DNA from: Gammaproteobacteria bacterium
GTDB taxonomy: Bacteria; Pseudomonadota; Gammaproteobacteria; UBA6002
Reading direction: 5' to 3'
Length of the DNA: 64,000 nt
Assembly: GCA_013697705.1 (NCBI GenBank)
Contig: JACCWJ010000008.1
Location: forward strand, 6,235 to 70,234
The position numbers were made by a program, and so were the translations under genes. How positions within the stretch are numbered: the first letter of the stretch is position 1; the number at the start of each line of letters is the position of its first letter. Shown one piece after another: positions 1 to 12,447 of this stretch. The notes below the pieces were generated by a model. The model was not told the origin of the DNA. It was given only the letters and a program-made list of their open reading frames with translations, and did not search any database.

Positions 1-478
1 TCTGAGATAGGCGAAGCGGCTTCATCAGAATCAATCTTTGTGTTGTCTTGGGCACTAATACTTTTTTTGTCAGAAGGCGTACTCACCTCTTGTTTTGGCT
101 TGGTAATCCTCTGATCCAAATCTTGATAGAAATTACGCACCTGTTCTTTCAACTGAGTAAGATCATGATTTTGCACTTCAATCTGACCGTGCAGTTGTTG
201 TACGTCTTGCTGCATTTTCTCAAGTTTACTGGGGTAATTCATTTCAGTGAGGTTTGAAAGCTGACGCTCTAGGCGCACAACTCTTTGTTCCATTGTTTCA
301 TTTTGACGTGCTGGAGGTACATTGGGTTCACCTTGATCGACCTCCAATCCTTGATTAATTTGCATGTCTTGTTGCGAAGCGCGACTTAAATCAACCACGG
401 GAGCCTGTGCAGCCAGAGCTGCACAGGGAATACCCATTAATAACACAAGCCATAGAAGAGTTCTTTTATGCTTCATAA
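1..478 (-). CDS. cpoB: CpoB/YbgF-like Tol-Pal accessory protein, N-terminal part (gene runs off the window start)
   Basis: The minus-strand reading frame is open from an ATG at about 476-478 to the window edge. It encodes MKHKRTLLWLVLLMGIPCAALA (a signal peptide) and then a Q/E-rich coiled-coil segment. It lies immediately downstream of pal, as cpoB/ybgF does in the Tol-Pal operon. It is absent from the ORF track because no stop codon falls inside the window. Confidence 0.6.
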
Positions 479-484
479 ATCTCT

Positions 485-1039
485 TTACTCAGTGCAATAA
501 ATTAAGTCCACGCGACGGTTACATTGATAAGAACTTTCATCTTCGCCACCTGCTGCTGGTTTTTCGGCGCCAAAGCTCACTATTGTAACCTGCCCTGAAG
601 ATACACCATATTGTTTCAATACATCTAAGACGGCACGGGCGCGTCTCTCACCTAGTGCGACATTATACTCTCGACTGCCGCGATCGTCAGTATTTCCTTC
701 AAGTCGAATTTTCGTACTAGGATGTTTAATTAAATAATTAGCTTGCATCTGTAGTGAAGCCATTCCATCTTGTCGAACATCGTTACAATCAAAATCAAAG
801 AAATAATGTTGTTCCGCTTTAGGCGCTAGTCGTCCCGGGCGACATTTACTACTCTCAGCATAACTGGATGAGTCTCCGCCCATTCCTTCGGTATAAGATT
901 CACCTCCTGGCCCGCCGTGCATTCTTGTTGCATCTACTACACCCACATTGTTAGGTATTTTCTTATGCGTCGTACAAGCAGTTAAAGTTAAAGCCAAAAA
1001 ACAAGCTAATGCAACCGAAATCCAGTGTTTTATACGCAT
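485..1039 (-). CDS. pal: peptidoglycan-associated lipoprotein Pal (OmpA-family C-terminal domain)
   Basis: Lipobox LTLTAC; OmpA-like motifs NTDDRGSREYNVALGERRA; sits downstream of tolB. Confidence 0.9.
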   Translation of the reverse strand: MRIKHWISVALACFLALTLTACTTHKKIPNNVGVVDATRMHGGPGGESYTEGMGGDSSSYAESSKCRPGRLAPKAEQHYFFDFDCNDVRQDGMASLQMQANYLIKHPSTKIRLEGNTDDRGSREYNVALGERRARAVLDVLKQYGVSSGQVTIVSFGAEKPAAGGEDESSYQCNRRVDLIYCTE

Positions 1040-1073
1040 AGTATTCTCCTAAGTTTTTATTCTAATTAAAATG

Positions 1074-2381
1074 TTACAAGGGCGACCACGCAGGCTCTCT
1101 TACATCCCCCTCTCTGGGAGGCAATCGTAATTGCACATGGGCATCTGTTGAAACCATACCCAATATTTGTTTAGAACCTGATTTTGTAGAAAATACAACC
1201 ATACTCCCGTTTGGAGCAATCCGAGGTGATTGGTCCCTACCAGTTTCTGTTAAAATATCAATTTTGCCATTCTGTAAATTTTGGATAGCAATACTATACG
1301 CTCCCGCCTCTTGATGTAACATTACAATATTTTTACCATCCGGAGAAAAAGTACCGCTAACGTTATAATTCCCTTCATAAGTGACACGCTGAACACCGCC
1401 GGAGGCTAAATCAACCCTGTAAAGCTGCGGACCACCACTACGGTTAGACGTAAAAATAAGGGATTTTCCATCCGGAGCCCAACTTGGCTCTGTATCAATT
1501 GACCCGCCACTGGTGCGTTGCACCAAACCATTACTGACTAAGTCTAAGGTATAAATGCTCGGAGACCCCTCTTTAGAAAGGGTGAATGCTAATTTAGAAC
1601 CATCAGGTGACCATGAAGGTGCTCCATTAATGCCCGGATAGTCGGTCACTAAGCGTCGGTTACCACTTGCAATTTCCTGGATGTAAATGCCAGCATGATT
1701 CTTCTCAAATGAAACATAGGCAATTCGATTGCCATCAGGCGACCACGAAGGCGACATTATGGGTTCCTTGGATACGATTAAACTTCTAGGATCATACCCA
1801 TCGATATCAGAAACCTCTAAACGGTATCGAACAGGAATATTGCGATTTTTTTCAACTACCACATAGGCAATATGTGTTGAAAAAATGCCTTTATCACCCG
1901 TCAATTTCTCATACACTAAATCACTAATATGGTGAGCGAGTTTACGCATGCCTTTATTTGGGACCATAAATTCTTTAGTGAGTAATTTAGCCTCTGCGCT
2001 GTCCTTACGAGCACTGTTGGTGTCTACTAACTGGAAATTAACTTGATACTTTCCATCAGGTGTTGGCCTCACTGTTCCCACCACGACGTTATCCATGCCT
2101 AATTTTTGCCAGGTGGCTGCATTTACCTGCTCAGCATTTTGCGGTTTTTCTGAAATCTTTGCCCGATCAAGAACGTTAAAACGCCCACTATTTTGTAGAT
2201 CTGCATTAATTATTGCGGACATATCCAGTAGTTCTGTCGATGATGCATTGCCATCAAACGGAACAATAGCTATAGGGATGGTACTCTTTACCCCTTGAGT
2301 TAACTCCAAATCTACCGCTGCATGTGAAGGTGACCAGACGGCTAAGAGTAAGTAACCCGTAATTTTTAATAATTGATGCAA
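1074..2381 (-). CDS. tolB: Tol-Pal system beta-propeller protein TolB
   Basis: Signal peptide, TolB N-terminal domain, and repeated WSPDG beta-propeller blades ([38 protein letters not shown]). Confidence 0.9.
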   Translation of the reverse strand: MHQLLKITGYLLLAVWSPSHAAVDLELTQGVKSTIPIAIVPFDGNASSTELLDMSAIINADLQNSGRFNVLDRAKISEKPQNAEQVNAATWQKLGMDNVVVGTVRPTPDGKYQVNFQLVDTNSARKDSAEAKLLTKEFMVPNKGMRKLAHHISDLVYEKLTGDKGIFSTHIAYVVVEKNRNIPVRYRLEVSDIDGYDPRSLIVSKEPIMSPSWSPDGNRIAYVSFEKNHAGIYIQEIASGNRRLVTDYPGINGAPSWSPDGSKLAFTLSKEGSPSIYTLDLVSNGLVQRTSGGSIDTEPSWAPDGKSLIFTSNRSGGPQLYRVDLASGGVQRVTYEGNYNVSGTFSPDGKNIVMLHQEAGAYSIAIQNLQNGKIDILTETGRDQSPRIAPNGSMVVFSTKSGSKQILGMVSTDAHVQLRLPPREGDVREPAWSPL

Positions 2382-2409
2382 TGTGATGACCTCCAGTATG
2401 TGGCTAGAG

Positions 2410-3348
2410 CTAACTTGAAATTATACCCTGCGGCCGAAAAGTTAACCTCAGCGCCCTAAAATTGTCAAATAATTCTGAATTTTCTGGGACCGGCAGCGGC
2501 GATGCCTTCATAATGGCATTTCTAGCCGACCGATCTAAAGTAGCATCCCCGCTTTCTTTTAGTACCTCGACATTGAGCACTATGCCGCCTGGTCCTACGT
2601 GCACTAAGAGTTGGCAAGCCAGGGTTTTATCCTCAACATCCGGTATCATCCATTTACGACTGATAGTCTGAATTATCATCTGCTTATATTTATCTATTTC
2701 GCCTTCTTGGGCTTGAATGGCTTGCGCCTCTCCCATTTGTTTTTTTTCTGCGCTAAGTTGCTCTTCTAAATTTTCTGATGTCTCATCACTTGATTCATTG
2801 GCTTTTAGATTTTTGGAAATTGGATTAGGAGTAACACTTTTAGACTCGGAAGCCAATTCATTTTGCAATTGCCGCGCCTCTTCTTCTCTTTGTTTTTTGG
2901 CTAGCTGTTCTTCTTTCTTTTTTAAATCGGTGGCTTGTTTTTCTTTTTGTTTTTTTAAAGCAAGTTTTTCCTCCAACTTGGGTTCTTGTAACGCCAAAGT
3001 TGGTTGCTGAGGTAAAGGTGCCTCTTTTGGTTTTACGCTATTCACAGGCGGTTTAGACTCTTCCTGTTGAGCACTATTAACCGGGGGAGATTCTTGCTCT
3101 TTAAGCGCCACTTGCTCTATATGACGGATTTCATTTTGTGAAGGAGCCGTAACCTTAGGGGCAGGCGGCGGGGGTGGGGCAGCGGTGGCTTGTTGAAGCT
3201 CCTTCTCATTAATCGCTACCGCCTTGACGATATTGACGTTTTTAACAGCCACGGTTTGGGTCGGACCGAAATGTAAAAATAGCAATAAAAATAGTGCGAA
3301 GTGGAGTAACACCGAGATAATTATTGGAATTTTATACGACTGTTGCAT
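2410..3348 (-). CDS. tolA: Tol-Pal system protein TolA (N-terminal TM anchor, Pro/Lys/Glu-rich linker, TolA C-terminal domain)
   Basis: Single N-terminal TM helix, a PPPPPAP tract and K/E-rich helix, and position between tolR and tolB. Confidence 0.8.
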   Translation of the reverse strand: MQQSYKIPIIISVLLHFALFLLLFLHFGPTQTVAVKNVNIVKAVAINEKELQQATAAPPPPPAPKVTAPSQNEIRHIEQVALKEQESPPVNSAQQEESKPPVNSVKPKEAPLPQQPTLALQEPKLEEKLALKKQKEKQATDLKKKEEQLAKKQREEEARQLQNELASESKSVTPNPISKNLKANESSDETSENLEEQLSAEKKQMGEAQAIQAQEGEIDKYKQMIIQTISRKWMIPDVEDKTLACQLLVHVGPGGIVLNVEVLKESGDATLDRSARNAIMKASPLPVPENSELFDNFRALRLTFRPQGIISS

Positions 3349-3418
3349 ACCAACCTCTAATAAACAAAGACGGAGAGGACGCTACTATTCAACCAAATTG
3401 CGACCGACACTTACACCT

Positions 3419-3847
3419 TTACGGTGAGGGTTCATCTTGAGTAATCAAACCCACACTTTCAGCACCCGCTTGTTGCAGTAATACCATGGCTTGTATGACT
3501 TTATCATACGCAACATGCTTATCACCTTTCACAAAAACGCTTCTAGATTCGCCTTGCTGCTTGCTCAGCAGTAGCGCCGCCGAGACACTATCTTTTAGGG
3601 TAGGCGCGGCCACCTCCTGCTCAGGTTGCGCGGAAATATTTAAAAAATACTGACCCGTGCTATTAACGCTGACGATGATGGGTTCTTTTTGTTGCGTTAG
3701 AGGTTTTGCGGCTGCATTGGGCAATTCCACATTGACTCCCTGAGACAAAAGTGGCGCTGTTATCATAAAAATAACTAATAAGACCAGCATTACATCGATG
3801 TAGGGAACGACATTAATTTCAGCCATCGGTTTACGATTAGATCTCAT
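3419..3847 (-). CDS. tolR: Tol-Pal system protein TolR (ExbD family)
   Basis: ExbD/TolR motif NVVPYIDVMLVLLVIF. Start placed at the internal ATG (MRSNRKP), 1 nt after the tolQ stop; the ORF-track start at 3859 would overlap tolQ. Confidence 0.85.
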   Translation of the reverse strand: MRSNRKPMAEINVVPYIDVMLVLLVIFMITAPLLSQGVNVELPNAAAKPLTQQKEPIIVSVNSTGQYFLNISAQPEQEVAAPTLKDSVSAALLLSKQQGESRSVFVKGDKHVAYDKVIQAMVLLQQAGAESVGLITQDEPSP

Positions 3848-3848
3848 C

Positions 3849-4544
3849 TTAAGCCTCATTCATACGTTTATTTTCAGGCACACCTTGGCGATGAAGGATA
3901 CTCGTTAGTTCTTCTAAAAATGTATGATATTGATTGGAAAGACGATCCACGACACTCGCATAGCGGTTATACGCAATTACGGCAGGGATAGCCGCAAATA
4001 GTCCCATTGCTGTTGCGATGAGGGCTTCGGAAATTCCCGGAGCTACCATTGAAATAGTCGCTTGCGAGACTTGCCCTAACGCTTGGAATGACGTCATGAT
4101 TCCCCAAACGGTCCCGAATAAACCGACATAAGGGCTTGTTGAGCCGACGGTGGCTAAAAAGGATAATTGATTTTCAAGCTTATCATGTTCTCGCGCATGG
4201 GCAACACGCATCGCTCTTTGGGCGCCCTCCATTACTGCATCGAAATGTAAACCGCGTTGACGTAGGCGCAAAAACTCATTAAACCCTGAAAAAAATATAC
4301 TTTCCAAGCCCGTTAATTCTTGTTTGCGGCCCTCTAAACCGTTAAATAATTGGCTTAAATCTGCACCTGACCAAAATTGATTTTCAAATTCATTCAAACC
4401 AGAACGTGCTTTTTTGAGTAGCATCGATCGCTGAAAGATAATGCCCCATGAGACGATTGAAGCAGAGGCTAACAAGAGCATAACCACTTTAACGACAGGG
4501 CCTGCATTTGCAATAAAAGACCATAAACTAGGATCGGTATTCAT
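3849..4544 (-). CDS. tolQ: Tol-Pal system protein TolQ (MotA/TolQ/ExbB proton channel)
   Basis: Three TM helices and a conserved MotA/TolQ/ExbB C-terminal region (GLFGTVWGIM). Confidence 0.9.
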   Translation of the reverse strand: MNTDPSLWSFIANAGPVVKVVMLLLASASIVSWGIIFQRSMLLKKARSGLNEFENQFWSGADLSQLFNGLEGRKQELTGLESIFFSGFNEFLRLRQRGLHFDAVMEGAQRAMRVAHAREHDKLENQLSFLATVGSTSPYVGLFGTVWGIMTSFQALGQVSQATISMVAPGISEALIATAMGLFAAIPAVIAYNRYASVVDRLSNQYHTFLEELTSILHRQGVPENKRMNEA

Positions 4545-4984
4545 TGCCTATTCTCCAACAATTCAGGCGGCATTGCTTGTGGCCGCAATTTATTATTAAC
4601 GCACACAACTTCGATAGTGGCTCTGCAATATTCGGTAGATGGATCTACCTTACTTCTAATAATTTGAAGATAAACTTTGGAAACTCGTCTCATACTAATG
4701 ACCGTGCTAATAATTTCAAGTTCGTCATATAAACGAGCGGCAGATAAATACTTTATCTCTATTTTTTTAATGACAAAAAAAATGCCTTCTGAAAATAAAT
4801 GGTCAATTCGTAGTCCTAAATTCCATAACCAGGCTAATCTGGCGCGTTCCATGAATTTAATGTAATTAGCATGATGGACAATACCAAATGTGTCAGTATC
4901 TTCAGAATAAACCTGCAGGTTAAATGTGAATGTTTTCATTTGACCTAACTCAGCTGCACCTGTCACCGTTTTAGACTCCATCAT
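4541..4984 (-). CDS. ybgC: YbgC-type acyl-CoA thioesterase (4HBT hotdog fold) of the tol-pal operon
   Basis: Hotdog-fold thioesterase signature ([13 protein letters not shown]); position upstream of tolQ, overlapping it by 4 nt (ATGA). Confidence 0.8.
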   Translation of the reverse strand: MMESKTVTGAAELGQMKTFTFNLQVYSEDTDTFGIVHHANYIKFMERARLAWLWNLGLRIDHLFSEGIFFVIKKIEIKYLSAARLYDELEIISTVISMRRVSKVYLQIIRSKVDPSTEYCRATIEVVCVNNKLRPQAMPPELLENRQ

Positions 4985-6017
4985 TAAATAATTGAGCCTG
5001 TTCTATTAATCTATCTTTGGGCATTTCTAACCCAAAATGCAAGTAGGCATGTTTTGTGGCCATCCTTCCTCGTGCAGTGCGCTGCAAAAAACCTTGCTGA
5101 ATAAGAAAGGGTTCTAAAACATCTTCAATCGTGCCACGCTCTTCACCAATCGCCGCAGCAATGCTATCGATTCCTACAGGACCTCCTTCGAATCGATCAA
5201 TGACAGCCAACAACAACTTTCGGTCCATCATATCAAACCCATGCATATCTACATCGAGCAGATTTAATGCTTCTTCGGCCACGCGTCCCGATATCTTACC
5301 ATCCGCCTTTACCTCGGCATAATCCCGGACACGTCGCAACAATCGATTAGCAATACGCGGGGTTCCTCTCGCCCGCCGAGCAATCTCGTTGCCTCCGTCT
5401 TCATCTAGATGCAATTTTAAAATTTGAGCCGACCGTGTAACAATCTTTGTTAAATCATCTATTTGATAGAATTCCAGACGCTGCACAATTCCGAAGCGGT
5501 CTCTAAGTGGCGATGTTAACAGACCTGCACGCGTCGTCGCTCCGACTAGCGTAAAAGGGGGAATATCTAATTTAATTGATCGGGCAGCGGGCCCTTCTCC
5601 AATCATAATATCTAATTGATAATCCTCCATAGCAGGATAGAGTATCTCCTCTACATAAGGACTCAAACGATGAATCTCATCTATAAATAAAACATCGTTA
5701 GGTTCTAAATTGGTAAGTAAGGCGGCTATATCTCCTGCTTTTTCCAACACTGGCCCTGAAGTTTGTTTAAGCGAAACGCCCATTTCGTTGGCAATGATGG
5801 TAGCCAATGTCGTTTTACCCAGGCCGGGAGGACCAAAAATTAATACATGATCTAACGCTTCCCTGCGATTGCGGGCCGCTGTAATAAAAATCTCCATCTG
5901 GGTTTTAACACTTTGCTGACCGATATATTCTGCAAGTTTCTTCGGTCGAATTGCTCTATCGATGGCTGCTTCGTCATTCTGTAAGCTGGCGCTTATTAGA
6001 CGATCCGTTGTTATCAT
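4971..6017 (-). CDS. ruvB: Holliday junction branch-migration ATPase RuvB
   Basis: AAA+ Walker [12 protein letters not shown], sensor motifs, full-length RuvB homology. Confidence 0.95.
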   Translation of the reverse strand: MITTDRLISASLQNDEAAIDRAIRPKKLAEYIGQQSVKTQMEIFITAARNRREALDHVLIFGPPGLGKTTLATIIANEMGVSLKQTSGPVLEKAGDIAALLTNLEPNDVLFIDEIHRLSPYVEEILYPAMEDYQLDIMIGEGPAARSIKLDIPPFTLVGATTRAGLLTSPLRDRFGIVQRLEFYQIDDLTKIVTRSAQILKLHLDEDGGNEIARRARGTPRIANRLLRRVRDYAEVKADGKISGRVAEEALNLLDVDMHGFDMMDRKLLLAVIDRFEGGPVGIDSIAAAIGEERGTIEDVLEPFLIQQGFLQRTARGRMATKHAYLHFGLEMPKDRLIEQAQLFNDGV

Positions 6018-6624
6018 TCTTGCCTCCTTTTAGAGTGCTTTGTAAAGCAAAGCGAATTAACTCTTCTGCTGTTTGATATTCTGCATCAACTAACGAAATT
6101 AATCTGCTGCCCTCTTGAGGTTTAAAGCCCAATGCAACCAACGCACTCAAGGCGTCTTGCGTGAGGCGATCGCCTTTTTCTTTCGATGTTAAAAGATCCA
6201 TCTCTATGGGCTGAAAACCCCAATCTTGTAAGCGGTCACGCATTTCTATCATTAGTCGTTCTGCAGTTTTCTTTCCTACACCAGGGATATGCGTGAGCGC
6301 ATTAACATCATGATCCAGTATACACCGGACGAATTGATTAGGATCAATACCGGATAAAATGGCAAGCGCTAACTTGGGGCCAACGCCACTCACTTTAATC
6401 AATGAACGAAATAGTGCACGTTCTTGTTCTTGATAAAAACCATATAAAACCTGGGCATCTTCACGCACTGCAAAATGGGTATACAAAAAAACTTCCTGCC
6501 CTACCTCGGGCAATTGATAGAAGGTAGACATCGGTGCTTGGCATTCGTATCCGATGCCATGCACCTCAATCACCAACATGGGAGGTTTTTTGAATTGCAG
6601 TGATCCACGAAGAAAACTAATCAC
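5974..6624 (-). CDS. ruvA: Holliday junction DNA helicase subunit RuvA
   Basis: RuvA homology begins at [13 protein letters not shown] start has an AAGGAG Shine-Dalgarno 9 nt upstream. The ORF-track start at 6663 is a TTG inside ruvC. Confidence 0.9.
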   Translation of the reverse strand: MISFLRGSLQFKKPPMLVIEVHGIGYECQAPMSTFYQLPEVGQEVFLYTHFAVREDAQVLYGFYQEQERALFRSLIKVSGVGPKLALAILSGIDPNQFVRCILDHDVNALTHIPGVGKKTAERLMIEMRDRLQDWGFQPIEMDLLTSKEKGDRLTQDALSALVALGFKPQEGSRLISLVDAEYQTAEELIRFALQSTLKGGKNDNNGSSNKRQLTE

Positions 6625-7096
6625 GGTATAAAACTCCTTGGTGGCTTGCATGACAAATTGCAATTGCTAATGCATCCGCGGCATCGCTTTGAGGTATATC
6701 AGAAAGACAGAGCAACATCTTGATCATATGTTGAATTTGATCTTTTTTTGCATCGCCATATCCCACCACCGTTTTTTTAATTAGGCGAGGGGCATATTCA
6801 GCGAGCTGCAATTTAAAGTTTGCCACGGCAACAAAGGCCGCACCACGTGCTTGTCCTAGTTTAAGAGCAGAGTCTGCATTAGCTTTAAAAAAAATTTTCT
6901 CAATGGCAACTTGGCCAGGATTAAATTGTTGGATAATGGTAGTGAGGCCATTGTAGATCTGGTAGAGCCTATCACTTAAGGCGTCACCCTTTGTTTTAAT
7001 ACAGCCACTGGTAACATAACGATGATGATTTCCGATTACTTCAATGACACCAAAACCAGTTATGCGGGAGCCGGGATCAATTCCGAGAATAATCAT
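6617..7096 (-). CDS. ruvC: crossover junction endodeoxyribonuclease RuvC
   Basis: MIILGIDPGSRITGFGV N-terminus; RNase H-like resolvase fold. Confidence 0.9.
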   Translation of the reverse strand: MIILGIDPGSRITGFGVIEVIGNHHRYVTSGCIKTKGDALSDRLYQIYNGLTTIIQQFNPGQVAIEKIFFKANADSALKLGQARGAAFVAVANFKLQLAEYAPRLIKKTVVGYGDAKKDQIQHMIKMLLCLSDIPQSDAADALAIAICHASHQGVLYRD

Positions 7097-7113
7097 TTTA
7101 TTCCTTTGAAGTT

Positions 7114-7860
7114 CTATTTTTCCAGCTGGGCGAGTGTTGCTTCATTAATATCAGCATTGGAATAAACATTTTGCACATCATCTAAATCTTCCAGCATTTC
7201 GATGAGCTTCATCATCTTTTCAGCATTATCTTTGTTTAGCTGAACTTCAATAGAAGGCAACATGGTGATATCACTTTCTTCTGGTTCGAGCCCAGCGGCA
7301 GTAATGGCATGATGCACAATTTCATAATTTTCCGGACTGCTAAACACGTCAATACTACCATCAGTGTGCGTGCAAATATCATCAGCACCTGCTTCAAGCA
7401 CTATTTCAATCAGTTTGTTTTCATCAATTTTAGGAGCAAACGTAATTAACCCTTTTTTATTGAATAAATAGCTTACGGAACCCTCCGCACCTAAATTACC
7501 ACCGCATTTAGAAAAAGCATGGCGAACATCTGCTACGGTTCTATTGCGATTATCGGTAAGACAATCGACTAAAACTGCGACTCCCCCCGGACCATAACCT
7601 TCATAGCGTATTTCTTCCATATCGTCTTGATCAGTGCCAACTCCGCGCTTAATAGCGCGTTCGATGGTGTCCTTGGTCATGTTTTGACCCAATGCTTTAA
7701 GGATCGCCGTTCTTAGCCACGGATTAGACTCAGGATCCTCGCCCCCTCTTCGAGCGGCAACGGTGATATTGCGAATTAATTTTGTAAAGAGTTTGCCGCG
7801 TTTAGAGTCTTGAGCTTTTTTCCTGTGTTGGATATTTGCCCACTTGCTATGCCCCGCCAT
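7114..7860 (-). CDS. yebC: YebC/PmpR-family transcriptional regulator
   Basis: N-terminus MAGHSKWANIQHRKKAQDSKRGK is a hallmark of the YebC family; conserved position upstream of ruvC. Confidence 0.9.
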   Translation of the reverse strand: MAGHSKWANIQHRKKAQDSKRGKLFTKLIRNITVAARRGGEDPESNPWLRTAILKALGQNMTKDTIERAIKRGVGTDQDDMEEIRYEGYGPGGVAVLVDCLTDNRNRTVADVRHAFSKCGGNLGAEGSVSYLFNKKGLITFAPKIDENKLIEIVLEAGADDICTHTDGSIDVFSSPENYEIVHHAITAAGLEPEESDITMLPSIEVQLNKDNAEKMMKLIEMLEDLDDVQNVYSNADINEATLAQLEK

Positions 7861-7880
7861 TTAAGAAACCTCCACCCGCA

Positions 7881-9662
7881 TTATGCCTCTGCCATTACTT
7901 TTCTGAGTTTCAAACCCAATTCCAGTAATTGCTCATTGGTAACCTCAGCAGGTGCTCGGGTTAATGGACACTGGGCTGATTGGGTTTTCGGAAAGGCGAT
8001 GACATCTCTAATGGATTTACTTCCGGTCATTAACATCACTAAACGATCAATACCGAAGGCAATTCCTCCGTGAGGAGGACACCCAAATTTTAATCCTGAA
8101 AGTAAATGATCAAATTGAGCATGCGCCTGTTCCTCGGATAATCCGAGTAATTTAAACACCGCACTTTGTAATTTGATATTATCAATTCGGATGGAACCTC
8201 CCCCAACCTCGATACCATTTAGCACCATGTCGTATGCCCGAGAGAGGCATTCGCCGGGATTATCAAGTAATGCTTTAGGATCATTCACTGTAGGCGCGGT
8301 GAAAGGATGATGTAATGACTCCCACCTTTTCGCCGTTTCATTTAGAGAAAACATGGGGAAATCGACAATCCAAATAGGACGCCAGCCACCTTCCACCATG
8401 TTTCTATCATGACCCAACTTCACGCGTAGAGCGGCTAAGGAATCATTTACCACTTGCGCTTTATCTGCAGCAAAGAAGAGGATATCGCCTGACTCAGCCT
8501 GTAATCGTTCTAGCAGCCTTTGGATGATGGGCTCAGGTATGAATTTTAAAATAGGAGATTGCAAGCCTTCTAAGCCGTTGTTTATATCGTTCACCTTGAT
8601 ATAAGCCAGGCCCTTTGCGCCATAAGTCGCTACAAATTGGGTATAATCTTCAATTTCTTTACGACTTAAATCAGCACCTTTAGGTAGACGAAGTGCCGTC
8701 ACGCGACATTTGGGATCATTAGCAGGTTCTGCGAACACTTTAAACTCTACGTCTTGGAACAAGTCTTTGACTTCAACGAGTTCAAGAGGAATACGTAGAT
8801 CTGGCCGATCAATTCCAAAACGTTCTACGGATTCCGCATAGGTCATTTTGGGGAAAGGATCCGGCAATGCGATACCTAACATCTCCAAAAACAGCTTGCG
8901 GATCATTTTTTCCATCAATACTTGTATGGTGTGTTCATCGATAAAGGACATCTCAATATCAAGCTGAGTAAATTCTGGCTGACGATCAGCACGTAAATCT
9001 TCATCTCTAAAACATTTCACCACCTGATAATATCGATCCATCCCAGAAACCATCAATAGCTGTTTAAAAATTTGTGGTGACTGAGGTAGCGCATAAAAAC
9101 AACCCGGATTAACTCGACTAGGGACCAAGTAATCACGCGCTCCCTCAGGGGTTGATTTTGTTAAGAAGGGGGTCTCAATATCAATAAAATCTAGCTCATC
9201 TAAGAAGCGACGCATAATTTGAATCGTTTTTGCTCGAAACACAATGCGACTGGCCATTTCGGGTCGGCGTAAATCGATATAGCGATAGCGCAATCGGATG
9301 TCTTCTCCAATATCTTGAAATTCATCTATTCTAAAAGGTGGCGGTTCTGCTGCATTTAAAATCTCTATCACGTCTGCAATGACTTCTATTTTGCCCGTCT
9401 TCAGCTCATTATTGACAGTGCCTTCGGGACGATGCTTAACTTTACCTATCACCTTGATGACATATTCGCTACGCAGTGTTTCAGCAATCTTAAAAACGTC
9501 GGGGCGGTTAGGATGCGCAACAATTTGAACCAGTCCCTTGATATCGCGCAGGTCTATAAAAATAACTCCGCCATGATCACGACGTCGATGCACCCACCCA
9601 CATAATTCAACTTTTTCATCAATTAATGATTCATTTACCTGACCGCAATAATGGCTTCGCAT
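7881..9662 (-). CDS. aspS: aspartate--tRNA ligase
   Basis: Class II aaRS motifs ([25 protein letters not shown]), OB-fold N-domain, 593 aa. Confidence 0.95.
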   Translation of the reverse strand: MRSHYCGQVNESLIDEKVELCGWVHRRRDHGGVIFIDLRDIKGLVQIVAHPNRPDVFKIAETLRSEYVIKVIGKVKHRPEGTVNNELKTGKIEVIADVIEILNAAEPPPFRIDEFQDIGEDIRLRYRYIDLRRPEMASRIVFRAKTIQIMRRFLDELDFIDIETPFLTKSTPEGARDYLVPSRVNPGCFYALPQSPQIFKQLLMVSGMDRYYQVVKCFRDEDLRADRQPEFTQLDIEMSFIDEHTIQVLMEKMIRKLFLEMLGIALPDPFPKMTYAESVERFGIDRPDLRIPLELVEVKDLFQDVEFKVFAEPANDPKCRVTALRLPKGADLSRKEIEDYTQFVATYGAKGLAYIKVNDINNGLEGLQSPILKFIPEPIIQRLLERLQAESGDILFFAADKAQVVNDSLAALRVKLGHDRNMVEGGWRPIWIVDFPMFSLNETAKRWESLHHPFTAPTVNDPKALLDNPGECLSRAYDMVLNGIEVGGGSIRIDNIKLQSAVFKLLGLSEEQAHAQFDHLLSGLKFGCPPHGGIAFGIDRLVMLMTGSKSIRDVIAFPKTQSAQCPLTRAPAEVTNEQLLELGLKLRKVMAEA

Positions 9663-9674
9663 AATATTATCCTG

Positions 9675-10307
9675 TTAAATAGATTCTTTATTTGTCCGCA
9701 GCATTTGTTCTGCCATGAATGGCGGAAGCACTACACCGAGAGAAATCACATATTTAAGCGCCTGATCAATGCTCATTTTCAATTCTACGACTTGCTGCTT
9801 AGGAACGAGCAGTAAAAACCCCGCCGTGGGATTCGGTGTGGTAGGCACAAATACCGTTACTAACTCCCCCTGCGCTTGGCTCCCCGGCAAGGTAATACCT
9901 GCTCCAGTTTGAAAGCCAATCGTCCAGACATCTTTACGAGGATACTCAATTAATAGTACCTTTCTGAAAGATTCTCCCCCCGGAGTAAATAACGTATTTA
10001 ATACTTGTTTCACCGCAGTATAAATGGATCTAACCAAGGGAATGCGCGCTAATAATCCTTCCCACAAACCCAAAAACCAATGCCCAATAAAATTGGTTAC
10101 TAACATGCCAGTCAACAACACAATGGCTAAGGTAAAGATAAGACCCAGCCCAGGAATATGAACGCCTAGCAACACATCGGGATGCAAACCCTTTGGCAAT
10201 AACGACAAACTTTGGTCAACCAAGTTAACCATGAATTTGATAATGAGCAGGGTTGCCCAAATGGGTAATAAAACTAAAAGGCCAGCAATAAAATAACGAC
10301 GAATCAT
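9675..10307 (-). CDS. DUF502-family membrane protein
   Basis: Two N-terminal TM helices plus a conserved soluble domain typical of COG2928/DUF502. No function can be assigned from sequence. Confidence 0.55.
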   Translation of the reverse strand: MIRRYFIAGLLVLLPIWATLLIIKFMVNLVDQSLSLLPKGLHPDVLLGVHIPGLGLIFTLAIVLLTGMLVTNFIGHWFLGLWEGLLARIPLVRSIYTAVKQVLNTLFTPGGESFRKVLLIEYPRKDVWTIGFQTGAGITLPGSQAQGELVTVFVPTTPNPTAGFLLLVPKQQVVELKMSIDQALKYVISLGVVLPPFMAEQMLRTNKESI

Positions 10308-10315
10308 TTTAGCCC

Positions 10316-10597
10316 TTATTCTGAGTCAGAAGGCGTCGATTTGACTTCGGGTTTTTTCTCACTACCCCCTTCAGTTGAAGAAGGGGCAGCCTCTTTGGCT
10401 TTTGAGGGATTGCCACTATTTTTAAAATCAGTCGCGTACCATCCCGTCCCTTTTAATTGGAACTGTGTAGAAGAAATGACTTTCTCGAGGCTATTTTTAC
10501 CACATTTTGGACAATCCGTTAAAGGAGTATCAGACATTTTTTGTAAAATTTCTAAGTGATCGCCACAAGATTGGCATTTGTATTCATAAATAGGCAT
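10316..10597 (-). CDS. FmdB-family zinc-ribbon protein
   Basis: YEYKCQSCG ... CPKCG paired CxxC motifs typical of FmdB/regulatory zinc ribbons, followed by a low-complexity tail. Confidence 0.65.
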   Translation of the reverse strand: MPIYEYKCQSCGDHLEILQKMSDTPLTDCPKCGKNSLEKVISSTQFQLKGTGWYATDFKNSGNPSKAKEAAPSSTEGGSEKKPEVKSTPSDSE

Positions 10598-10725
10598 AGC
10601 TTAGGACTCCTCTATTTTTTTAACCTCAGAGATACCGGGTATTAATAAGGTGTTTAGAAAATTTTTCAATGGTTTAATTGCATGCTAGAGTAACATAATT
10701 AACCCTAAACTAAGTCGAGAAAAAA

Positions 10726-12444
10726 ATGCGGACCAGCCAATATCTTTTAGTGACTCAAAAAGAAACTCCTGCAGATGCAGAAATAATCAGCCATCAGCTT
10801 ATGTTGCGCGCCTGCATGATTCGTAAATTAACGTCGGGTATTTATACCTGGTTACCTCTTGGGCTGAAAGTACTTAGAAAAGTAGAGAATATTGTCCGTC
10901 AAGAAATGAATCGCATTGGGTCACTCGAACTATTGATGCCAGCCATTCAACCATCAGAATTATGGCATGAAACAGGTCGCTGGGATCAATTTGGCACTGA
11001 ACTACTAAAAATAGAGGACCGCCATCATCGCCAGTTTTGTTTTGGTCCCACCCATGAAGAAGTTATTACAGATCTCGTCCGAAGAGAGCTCCGAAGTTAC
11101 AAACAATTACCGCTGACGCTATATCAAATTCAATCCAAGTTTAGAGATGAAATTCGCCCACGATTTGGTGTAATGCGAGCGAGAGAGTTTATGATGAAAG
11201 ACGCTTACTCCTTCCATATCGATAGCCCATCACTTGAAAAAACCTACAATGATATGTATGGGGCTTATGCCGCCATATTTACACGATTAGGACTTAAGTT
11301 TAGAGCCGTATTAGCTGACACTGGGAGTATTGGCGGCAGCTATTCACATGAATTCCATGCTTTAGCTGAATCAGGCGAAGACCTTTTAGCCTTCAGTGAT
11401 AGCGGCCCCTACGCAGCAAATATCGAACGCGCGGAAGCATTTATTGAAAACACGCCTCAAGAACCCACCGGCGAAAAAGAAATTGTCGCTACGCCCGGTA
11501 GTTACACTGTTGAAGAAGTAAGTAATTTCTTACAAATTCCGCCCACAAAAATACTTAAAACATTATTGGTAACCGGCAGCAACGATGACATTATTGCCTT
11601 AGTATTGCGTGGAGATCATGAATTAAATCCGGTGAAAGTTTCAAAAATTACCGAAGTAGCACAACCTCTGCAACTGGTGAGTCCTGAAGTCATAGTTAAG
11701 CAGTTGGGCTGTAAACCAGGATCGATTGGACCGATCAATCTCCCTTTTAAAGTAATAATTGATCGTGATGCAGCCCTCGTTGCAGATTTTGTTTGTGGCG
11801 CTAATGAAGATGACAAACATTTTAAGAATGTGAATTGGAAACGTGATCTCGATTTACCACAAATCGCTGATCTGCGCTTTGTTGTCGCCGGTGACCAAAG
11901 TCCCGATGGGCTAGGGAACTTACAATTTGCAAGAGGAATTGAGATCGGTCATATTTTTCAACTCGGAAATAAATATAGCCAAGCCATGTCAGCCACCGTC
12001 CTAGGGGAAGATGGCAAGGCAGTGGCGCTTATGATGGGATGTTATGGCATTGGTGTGTCGCGTATTGTTGCAGCGGCTATCGAACAAAGCCATGATGAGC
12101 GGGGCATAATTTGGCCACTCGGCATGGCGCCTTTCCAGATAGCATTAGTTCCGGTCAACATGTACCGTTCACCCGACGTAAAACAGGCGGCTGAAAAAAT
12201 TTATGAAGAACTCTCAACTGCAGGGTGGGAAGTTTTATTTGATGATCGCGATGAACGTCCCGGCGTGATGTTTGCTGATATGGATTTAATTGGAATTCCA
12301 CATCGTCTCGTTATTAGCGAGAAAAGTCTGAAAGAAGGCCTCATTGAATACAAAGGGCGTACTGATGAAAAACCTTCTTTTCTACCTATCAGTAATTATC
12401 TTTCGGAATTAAATCCGGAGATGGTTAGCCCGATAATCGATTAA
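10726..12444 (+). CDS. proS: proline--tRNA ligase (bacterial type with INS editing domain)
   Basis: Class II aaRS motifs, 572 aa, full-length ProRS homology. Confidence 0.95.
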   Translation: MRTSQYLLVTQKETPADAEIISHQLMLRACMIRKLTSGIYTWLPLGLKVLRKVENIVRQEMNRIGSLELLMPAIQPSELWHETGRWDQFGTELLKIEDRHHRQFCFGPTHEEVITDLVRRELRSYKQLPLTLYQIQSKFRDEIRPRFGVMRAREFMMKDAYSFHIDSPSLEKTYNDMYGAYAAIFTRLGLKFRAVLADTGSIGGSYSHEFHALAESGEDLLAFSDSGPYAANIERAEAFIENTPQEPTGEKEIVATPGSYTVEEVSNFLQIPPTKILKTLLVTGSNDDIIALVLRGDHELNPVKVSKITEVAQPLQLVSPEVIVKQLGCKPGSIGPINLPFKVIIDRDAALVADFVCGANEDDKHFKNVNWKRDLDLPQIADLRFVVAGDQSPDGLGNLQFARGIEIGHIFQLGNKYSQAMSATVLGEDGKAVALMMGCYGIGVSRIVAAAIEQSHDERGIIWPLGMAPFQIALVPVNMYRSPDVKQAAEKIYEELSTAGWEVLFDDRDERPGVMFADMDLIGIPHRLVISEKSLKEGLIEYKGRTDEKPSFLPISNYLSELNPEMVSPIID

Positions 12445-12447
12445 CCC

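Noticed and set aside
48-588. Plus-strand ORFs 48-257 and 364-588 at the window start
   Set aside because: They lie antisense to a much better-supported minus-strand frame (the CpoB N-terminus with signal peptide and coiled-coil). Low-complexity translations.
2095-3427. Several 60-100 aa plus-strand ORFs inside tolB and tolA (2095-2298, 2462-2671, 2717-3010, 3224-3427)
   Set aside because: Fully embedded antisense in conserved genes. The Ser/Cys/Phe-rich translations are typical of the reverse strand of K/E-rich coding sequence.
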